From Eledone cirrhosa (lineage: Eukaryota), in contig OZ024760.1 of NCBI GenBank assembly GCA_964016885.1, forward strand, positions 18,600,001 to 18,664,000: DNA of 64,000 bases, written 5' to 3'. The notes under the pieces are model-generated. The model had not been told where the DNA came from. It was given only the letters and a program-made list of their open reading frames with translations, and did no database searches. The position numbers and the translations under genes were made by a program. Positions 11,639 to 64,000 of this stretch are shown in pieces. Each line of letters begins with the position of its first letter. The first letter of the stretch is position 1.

Positions 11639-14467
11639 ACAGCTCTAGCTTAGCAACATCAAAGACATCAAAAGAATAATATTTACATCCATTGACATGT
11701 ATTTGTTGAAATATTCAGTAAATAACGGATCTGTTTCTAGGAAGAAGTCCTGCAACGAGATTTAAGGGACGGTTGATATCATCATCATCATCATCATCAT
11801 CTCACCACCACCACCACCGTCACACCATCATCATCATCTCACCACCACCACCAGCACCACCGTCACACCATCATCATCATCTCACCACCACCACCACCAC
11901 CACTGTCACACCATCATCATCATCTCACCACCACCACCACCACCACTGTCACACCATTATCATCATCTCACCACCACCACCACCACCACTGTCACACCAT
12001 CATCATCATCTCACCACCACCACCACCACCACTGTCACACCATCATCATCATCTCACCACCACCACCACCACCACTGTCACACCATCATCATCATCTCAC
12101 CACCACCACCACCACCACTGTCACACCATTATCATCATCTCACCACCACCACCACCACCACTGTCACACCATCATCATCATCTCACCACCACCACCACCA
12201 CCACTGTCACACCATCATCATCATCTCACCACCACCACCACCACCACTGTCACACCATCATCATCATCTCACCACCACCACCACCACCACTGTCACACCA
12301 TTATCATCATCTCACCACCACCACCACCACCACTGTCACACCATCATCATCATCTCACCACCACCACCACCACCACTGTCACACCATCATCATCATCTCA
12401 CCACCACCACCACCACCACTGTCACACCATCATCATCATCTCACCACCACCACCACCACTGTCACACCATCATCATCATCTCACCACCACCACCACCACC
12501 ACCACCGTCACACCATCATCATCATCTCACCACCACCACCACCACCACTGTCACACCATCATCATCATCTCACCACCACCACCACCACCACTGTCACACC
12601 ATCATCATCATCTCACCACCACCACCACCACCACTGTCACACCATTATCATCATCTCACCACCACCACCACCACCACTGTCACACCATCATCATCATCTC
12701 ACCACCACCACCACCACCACTGTCACACCATCATCATCATCTCACCACCACCACCACCACTGTCACACCATCATCATCATCTCACCACCACCACCACCAC
12801 CACCACCACCACCACCGTCACACCATCATCATCATCTCACCACCACCACCACCACCACCGTCACACCATCATCATCATCTCACCACCACCATTACCACCA
12901 CCACCACCACCGTCACACCATCATCATCATCTCACCACCACCACCACCACCACCGTCACACCATCATCATCATCTCACCACCACCACCACCATCACTGTC
13001 ACACCATTATCATCATCATCATACCACCACCACCACACTACCACCATCATCATCCTCACCACCACCACCACCACCACCACATTACCATCACCACTACACT
13101 ACCATCATCATCATCATCATCATACCACCACCAACAACACCACACCACCACCACACTACCATCATCATCATCCTCATCTCTCCATCAACACCACACCACC
13201 ACCACCACCACTACACTACCATCATCATCATCATCTCTCCACCAACACCACACCACCACCACCACTACACTACCATCATCATCATCATCTCTCCACCAAC
13301 ACTACACCACCACCACCACCACTACACTACCATCATCATCATCATCATCATCATACCACCACCAACAACACCACACAACCACCACCAACAACACCACACC
13401 ACCACACTACCATCATCACCATCTCTCCACCAACACCACACCACCACCATCATCATCATCATACCACCACCATCATCATCACACCACCGCCACCACCACA
13501 CTACCATCATCATCATCCTCATCTCTCCACCACCACCACCACACCACCATCATCATCACACCACCGCCACCACCACAACCACCACCACCACCAACACACC
13601 ACCACCACCACCAAAGGAAGAAGAATCTGTATTTATGAGAAAATATTTTTACTTACTATATTTTCAGCTATCACCCTTGGGGTATCTGAAAAGATAGAAA
13701 AATATTGATAATAATAATAATAATGAAATTATTGTGTACAGTGCTCAGGTGCACTACAACTCATCAAAGGTGCAGGTATAGTACATAGAACAATGTACAA
13801 ATGTCAGGAAAGTGAACAGTGTATGAGTCATGATATGTGTGCGTGTGTATGGAGGGGGAATATTAGGTGTAGTGTTGGAGAATTTCAGGAAGCATGGATA
13901 TTAACATCAGTATGAGTGGCTGGTTACAGCCGGTTTGAATAGAAAGAGGTGAGAGAACTCTGGCCAGGTCTGGCCAGTTTTAATTCTAAAGGGTTAATCT
14001 ATATCTATTTAGCATTCAATCTTCATTGATGTTTATCATCATCATCATCATTTTATGTCCGCTTTTCCCTACTTGCAAGGGTGGGACGGGTCCTATTCAG
14101 CACAGCATCTCTCCACTTGTCACGGTCCTTCGTCATCTCCTCCGTGAGCTTCAGAATGTAAAAAGACAAAAAAATGGGAAGAAGTTACGTTACCAATTCT
14201 GTATGGCTTCTTAGAGTCAGACATGATGCCACAAAGAATTCAGCATTCAGTCCCTGATTCTCTCTCTCAAATGTTCTGAAAAAGTAGGGTTATTTATTTA
14301 TTTATTCATTTTTTTCAACATTTTCTAGTTGAATATTTAGGTTACACCCCCTCCCCCCCTCCACAAAAAAACAACAACAACACAAAGATAAAAAACAACA
14401 CAAAAAAGCCCTCTTCCCAATATCTACCTTGAAATATATGGTTAGAAAACATTCTTATTGTCCTCAT
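609..14467 (-). CDS. RGS22: RGS22-like regulator of G-protein signalling, 5' part (multi-exon; continues beyond window start)
   Basis: Phase-compatible GT-AG exons 14224-14194 (or 14467/14452-14428), 13685-13657, 11749-11687, 9805-9545, 7099-6261, 5264-4329, 2455-2294, 810-609. The peptides 'FLETDPLFTEYFNKYMSM', 'GVSWIKARRLSSFQKSIYYAEYRLAKILSQV', 'FHEFLKETPGVAYWNLWINIERMK' and 'QPIILYWVP' match motifs recalled from vertebrate RGS22 in the same order. Confidence 0.85.
1265..1655. mobile_element. Penelope-like remnant forming a ~180-bp-arm fold-back, with hammerhead motif
   Basis: Near-perfect inverted repeat flanked by (TA)n; hammerhead core at 1504-1542. Confidence 0.7.
1504..1542 (+). ncRNA. 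Minimal type I hammerhead ribozyme motif
   Basis: TGAAC-CTGAAGA-tTGC gaaa GCAt-GAAA-GTAC-TT-GTTCA: stem I 5 bp, stem II hairpin, palindromic stem III. Confidence 0.65.
2294..2455 (-). CDS. RGS22: RGS22-like 162-nt exon (IIMEIRKGF...QNFVLQPIILYW)
   Basis: tttctag/gtgact sites, phase 2-2, open frame. Confidence 0.85.
3222..3520 (+). mobile_element. CRE-like (RLE-endonuclease) non-LTR retrotransposon 3' fragment
   Basis: 'AFETFG...TGESREGGWLFQRISLAITRGNAASVL'; related piece on minus strand at 38685-38790. Confidence 0.6.
3892..4300 (-). mobile_element. Two tandem copies of SINE family A
   Basis: Two nearly identical ~200-bp units including shared flank. Confidence 0.85.
4329..5264 (-). CDS. 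RGS22: RGS22-like 936-nt exon: acidic 9-aa repeat followed by start of an RGS-like domain
   Basis: tttccag/gtaaat sites, phase 2-2; ends 'FHEFLKETPGVAYWNLWINIERMKCMRSNLQKE'. Confidence 0.88.
4815..5243 (-). repeat. Coding 27-bp tandem repeat, about 16 units (TPSNAEDVA)
   Basis: Unit gagttgccacgtcttcagcgttgcttg on +, inside the RGS22-like exon. Confidence 0.95.
6261..7099 (-). CDS. RGS22: RGS22-like 839-nt exon (TLNKDIGVSWIKARRL...EYRLAKILSQV...)
   Basis: gacag/gtaagt sites; long non-repetitive ORF with the EYRLAK motif. Confidence 0.9.
7314..7612 (+). mobile_element. LINE ORF2 3' fragment (RTE/RTEX-like)
   Basis: 'IYGKLP...RRAQFAGLCHR...LLLW...DTG...AMGDR..W', tga tail. Confidence 0.7.
7852..8017. 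mobile_element. hAT-like MITE
   Basis: TIR CAGTG(T/C)TGGATTTA; 8-bp TSD ggtatggt/ggcatggc. Confidence 0.7.
8688..8952 (-). mobile_element. CR1-like LINE 3' end (others 13712-13900, 14970-15025, 50130-50285)
   Basis: Degenerate 'RVAEAWN.LPASVVSC...SFK' C-terminus, (TTA)n tail, repeated in the window. Confidence 0.7.
8955..9530. repeat. AT-rich ~21-23-bp two-variant minisatellite
   Basis: Alternating ggcaccttagttattttt / ggcatcttgttattttt units. Confidence 0.85.
9545..9805 (-). CDS. RGS22: RGS22-like 261-nt exon (FFLNNLQFRPQLGFFEI...IHYVE)
   Basis: gccag/gtaagg sites, open frame, phase 0-0. Confidence 0.85.
10047..10231 (-). mobile_element. Non-autonomous Helitron-like element
   Basis: On minus strand: 5' TC start, subterminal GC hairpin CCCCATGCAACGCCGGG, 3' CTAG followed by T. 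Confidence 0.6.
10316..10709 (+). mobile_element. Mariner 5' remnant with nested same-family MITE (10534-10709)
   Basis: Three copies of TIR CGAGGG(C/T)AATCCCAAAAGTAAGGTCTCC, TA flanks, transposase-like start MELPLNATAKYEFCAVI. Confidence 0.75.
10743..11080 (+). mobile_element. tRNA-derived CORE-type SINE family B with RTE tail
   Basis: Head TGGCTTAGTGG...GAGTTCAATTC, CCTTGAGCAAGACACTT core, tail CCCACCCTTGCAAGCAGGGAAAAGCGGACGTAAAATGA(TGA)n. Confidence 0.85.
11687..11749 (-). CDS. RGS22: RGS22-like 63-nt exon (DFFLETDPLFTEYFNKYMSMD)
   Basis: ttgcag/gtaaat sites; resembles RGS22 'EDSLATDDFLVDYFNEFLSLP'. Confidence 0.85.
11778..13612. repeat. ~40-bp (CAC)n/(CAT)n minisatellite filling an RGS22-like intron
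   Basis: Unit catcatcatctcaccaccaccaccaccaccactgtcacac. Confidence 0.95.
13657..13685 (-). CDS. RGS22: RGS22-like 29-nt exon (D-TPRVIAENI)
   Basis: cttttcag acceptor, gtaagt donor, phase 1 to 0. Confidence 0.75.
14194..14224 (-). CDS. RGS22: RGS22-like candidate start-codon exon (exon 14275-14194; MSDSKKPYRI)
   Basis: ctttttcag acceptor, ATG at 14224, G|gtaacg phase-1 donor compatible with the next exon. Confidence 0.5.
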
Positions 14468-14506
14468 TCACATTTAGCTACTGTATAATACGATACACAC
14501 TCATAA

Positions 14507-14950
14507 TAATTGTTTCTACTAGGCCAGCAATTATCCCAGTGTATTACTGGTACTTTATATACTCATAATAATAATAATGGTTTCTGATTTAGGCACAAGG
14601 CCAGCAATTTTGAGGAAGGGGAAAGTCGATTAAATCGACCCCAGTGCGTGACTGATACTTTATTTTATCGACCCCATAAGGATGAAAGGCAAAGTTAACC
14701 TCAGTGGGATTTGAACTCAGATCATAAAGGGCCGTAACTCTATGCTGCAATCTACCAATTTTAAGCAATAATAATAACAATAATTGTTTCTACTTTTGGC
14801 AGCAATTACCCCAGTGTATTACTGGTACTTTATTTTATTGACACTCGTAAGGATGAAAGGCAAAGTTTACTTCAGCGGGATTTGAACTCAGAACGCAAAG
14901 GGCCATAACTCTCTGCTGCAAAGCATGGTGTCTGACGCTCTACTGACACT
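14507..14950 (-). mobile_element. Cluster of SINE family A fragments
   Basis: Same consensus. Confidence 0.8.
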
Positions 14951-15122
14951 CATAATACTAATAAGGAAACTTATTGTACAGTGCTCAGGTTCACTACAAC
15001 TCATCAAAGGTGCATGTATAGTACATTCTCATATTTATGAATGGACCTGTTATTTTCATCTAAAGACATTTTTTCCAATTCCATCCCACCTATCCCCTCA
15101 ATCTAGCTTATTTCTCATTCTT

Positions 15123-15158
15123 TCTTCTGATGAAGGACTAGCGTCCGAAACGTTAAGA
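15123..15158 (+). ncRNA. Minimal type I hammerhead ribozyme motif in Penelope-like remnant (15030-15250)
   Basis: TCTT-CTGATGA-a-GGAC tagc GTCC-GAAA-CG-TT-AAGA. Confidence 0.7.
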
Positions 15159-15300
15159 CCCTTTTCCTGCTTTATCAAGCATTAACCTAATATATCGCTT
15201 CTATATACTGTACCAATTGTGTTGTTATTTCTGTTTACCTTTTACATACATATATATTATATATATACATATATATATACACACACACACATATATATAT

Positions 15301-15885
15301 ATCATCATCATCATTTTACGTCCGCTTTTCCCTGCTTGCAAGGGTGGGACGGGAACTGATTCTGGCTTGATTTCTACAGCTGGATGCCCTTCCTAACACC
15401 AACCTCATTTACAGTGAGTACTGGGTGCTTTTTTGCCGTGGCACCTACACGTCCACTTTACAGTGTGGGCTGGGTTCTTTTTTGCCGTGGCACCTCCACG
15501 ACCACTTTGCAGTGGGAGGGTGTGGGGGCATATTGTCTATATGCTTCAGCTTTGGCTTGTTCCTGTGGGGGGTCGGGTCTTCTGTATTACTGCATGACGC
15601 CAAAGGTCACGGTCATGTCTCATCGCCTTTGAGAGGTGTAATTGGGTAAGGTCGGCATTTATCACCTCATCCCAGGTCTTCCTTGTTCTCCCCACTCCAC
15701 GGTTTCCATCGACTTCTAGTGCTCTGCACCTTTTTATGCAGCTGTCATCCTTCATACGCATCACATGTCCATACCAACGCAACCTCCTCGCCTGCACACA
15801 GCATTTGATTCCTCTTATGCTCAGTCTCTCTCTCAATTCATTTATGCTTTGCCGTTCGCGTATATTACTATTACACATCCATCAG
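15301..15885 (-). mobile_element. RTE-clade LINE 3' fragment with 3'UTR
   Basis: 'RRLRWYGHVMRM...GRTRKTW' plus tail shared with SINE B. Confidence 0.88.
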
Positions 15886-15889
15886 AGCA

Positions 15890-15931
<42 letters not shown>

Positions 15932-16111
15932 TGTATATCTGTGTGTGTATACATACGCACACACACACGTGTGTATGTATTTGTATGAGAATAAAAGAAT
16001 TATATATATATATACACACGCACACACACATTTACATATATACATATAATACATATATAGACATGCATACAAAAAAAGACGAAATATGTCAGGAATATGT
16101 TTGAGACTTAC

Positions 16112-17684
16112 CGAAAGAAAAGATTAAAAAAAATTGATAGAAAAAAAAAGGTAAGATATACAAATAAAAACAACAAACAAATGAACAAAAAATATATAAA
16201 AATAAAAAACAACAAACACATTTGTTTATGTATATATATAGTACACACACATTTATATATATAAGTATACACACACACATATACATATATACAAGTATAT
16301 ACACACTCACACACATATTTATATATATATATGTATACACACACACATATATATGTAAATATACACACACACATATATATGTAAATATACACACACACAT
16401 ATATACATGTATAGATATGTGTTTGTTTGTATGCGAGTGTGTTGCCGTGTTACTACAATGGTTAAGGGGAGACAACTTGTGGCGCATAGCGAAAAAACCC
16501 CTTTATGTATAGTAATAGTAGTTGTAGTAGTACTAATAGTAGTAGCAGTAGTAGTGGGAGTGAGAGGAGGAAATAAAGGGAAAAGGAAGGAGAGAAAGCA
16601 GACTCGTGATGTACTGAAATGTCGGAGGGAAGGGGAGGGAAATTAGAGAAAGACAGAGAGAGAGAGAGAGAGGGGGGGGGCGAAGGAAAGAAAGATAGGA
16701 AAAGGGGTGAAGAGAACAGCTAAAACAATAAAAGAAGGGGGGAGGGAGTAAAAGAGAGAAAGACAGCACGTTAATCTAAGGGAGGGAGGAGGAGTAACAG
16801 GAATAAGAGAGGAGCAGGTGAACGAAGTTGAAAGTAGGAGGAGCAGCGAGAGAGAAAGTAGGAGAAGCAGCGAGAGAGAGAAAGTAGGAGAAGCAGGAAA
16901 AAGAGAGGAGGAGGTAGTGGAAAAGAATTTTGATTTAAAGGTCTCCCCCCCCCCCTTCCTCCCACTCACAAATGTAATTATCAAAACAAATAACTCCCCC
17001 TCCTTCCTCCTCCCCCCACCACCAACAAAACCAAAATTTACCACAAAAGAAAACTACACAGAAAAACCCATTAATAATAATATATATATATATATATATA
17101 TATACGATATTATATATATATATATATATAAAAGTATTTAATCTACAAGGGAGATAATTCAAATTACTCCAATCAGCAGAGGTCGCTTGCGACCTTACAC
17201 ATCAACATGGCATTTCAATGGGAAATCGAGAACTGAATGAACACAACCGAGGAAGTGCCTAGCAGCTTCCTCATCACACACTAATATATATATACACACA
17301 CACACATACATACACACACACACACATATATACATACACACAGACAGACATATATATATATATATATGTTTCTAGTTCATTAACGCTTACATGGCTATTT
17401 CCGTTGCTCTCTTTCGTGTTGATTTTGGGGGGAGGACTTATTTAATTGATTAGCAAGGGGTGGAGTACTTTTGTAGTGAGTTAATTTATATATAACTACT
17501 ACTAGTACTACTAATACTAATTACGATTAAGAAATTATAATACATATATATACATACACATAGACACGTACAAGCTAACCATGATCAGACTCAAGTACTA
17601 ATATATATTATAATATATATATATATTTAAATATATATAATATATACATTATATATATAACTACAGCAATACTTGTTAAGAAGG
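16112..17684. promoter_or_regulatory. Probable bidirectional promoter / 5'UTR region between RGS22-like and EFR3
   Basis: Divergent gene starts; transposon-free stretch with a purine-rich tract; minus-strand donor CG|gtaagt at 16112. Confidence 0.45.
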
Positions 17685-63091
<45,407 letters not shown>

Positions 63092-63153
63092 GTAAGTCAT
63101 TCACTCCAAACTACATTTGGGTTTTCTGTTGTTATGGTTATGGTTAATGTTAA

Positions 63154-63982
63154 CCCTTTAGCATTTAAACCGGCTGTAACTGGCCACTCATACTGACGTT
63201 AAGTTATTGTTCTCAAAATATATAATATCAAAATCTCATAGATTCAATATTATGTGAGATAATTAAGCAAGATAAAGCCTTTACTGTGAAAATATAATAG
63301 TATATATATAGAGTAATGTAAATGTTATGTGAGATATTATGTGAGGTAAAGCCTTTACCATGAAAATACAATAGTATATATAGAGTAATGTAAATGTTAT
63401 GTGAGATATTATGTGAGGTAAAGTCTTTACCATGAAAATACAATAGTATATATATAGAGTAATGTAAATGGTATGTGAGATATTATGTGAGGTAAAGCCT
63501 TTACCATGAAAATACAATAGTATATATAGAGTAATGTAAATGTTATGTGAGATATTATGTGAGGTAAAGCCTTTACCATGAAAATACAATAGTATATATA
63601 GAGTAATGTAAATGTTATGTGAGATATTATGTGAGGTAAAGCCTTTACCATGAAAATACAATAGTATATATAGAGTAATGTAAATGTTATGTGAGATATT
63701 ATGTGAGGTAAAGCCTTTACCATGAAAATACAATAGTATATATAGAGTAATGTAAATGGTATGTGAGATATTATGTGAGGTAAAGCCTTTACCATGAAAA
63801 TACAATAGTATATATAGAGTAATGTAAATGTTATGTGAGATATTATGTGAGGTAAAGCCTTTACTGTGAAAATACAATAGTATATATAGAGTAATGTAAA
63901 TGTTATGTGAGATATTATGTGAGGTAAAGACTTTACCATGAAAATACAATAGTATATATAGAGTAATGTAAATACTAAAGGG
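63154..63982. mobile_element. piggyBac-type MITE with ~10 internal 72-bp repeats
   Basis: TTAA TSD, CCCTTTAG...CTAAAGGG termini. Confidence 0.85.
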
Positions 63983-64000
63983 TTAACCGTATGTTATCCC

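Noticed and set aside
11773-13638. 621-aa His/Pro/Thr-rich ORF (also 28685-29790, 50874-51795)
   Set aside because: Translation of (CAC/CAT)n repeats lying inside introns; open in several frames
63281-63949. 222-aa ORF with a 24-aa repeat
   Set aside because: Reading of the 72-bp array inside a MITE; no splice or homology support

Overview
AT-rich, microsatellite-saturated animal genomic DNA; the SINE/LINE families look like those of octopod cephalopods (inference). Two spliced genes lie head-to-head. (1) Minus strand, about 14.5 kb to beyond base 1: the 5' part of an RGS22-like gene. I read 7 firm internal coding exons plus candidate start exons, including a 27-bp coding tandem repeat. (2) Plus strand, from a probable start at 17685 to beyond 64000: the 5' part of EFR3 (plasma-membrane scaffold of PI4KIIIalpha), with 13 phase-compatible exons and a ~29-kb first intron. 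Introns are filled with two tRNA-derived SINE families, 3' fragments of RTE, CR1, Tx1/L1, R4/Dong and CRE-like LINEs, Penelope-like remnants carrying minimal hammerhead-ribozyme motifs (often inside long fold-backs), hAT/piggyBac/mariner MITEs (three hosting their own satellite arrays), a Helitron remnant and many mini/microsatellites. Nearly all other ORFs in the supplied track are repeat artefacts. Homology calls come from remembered family motifs, not database searches.
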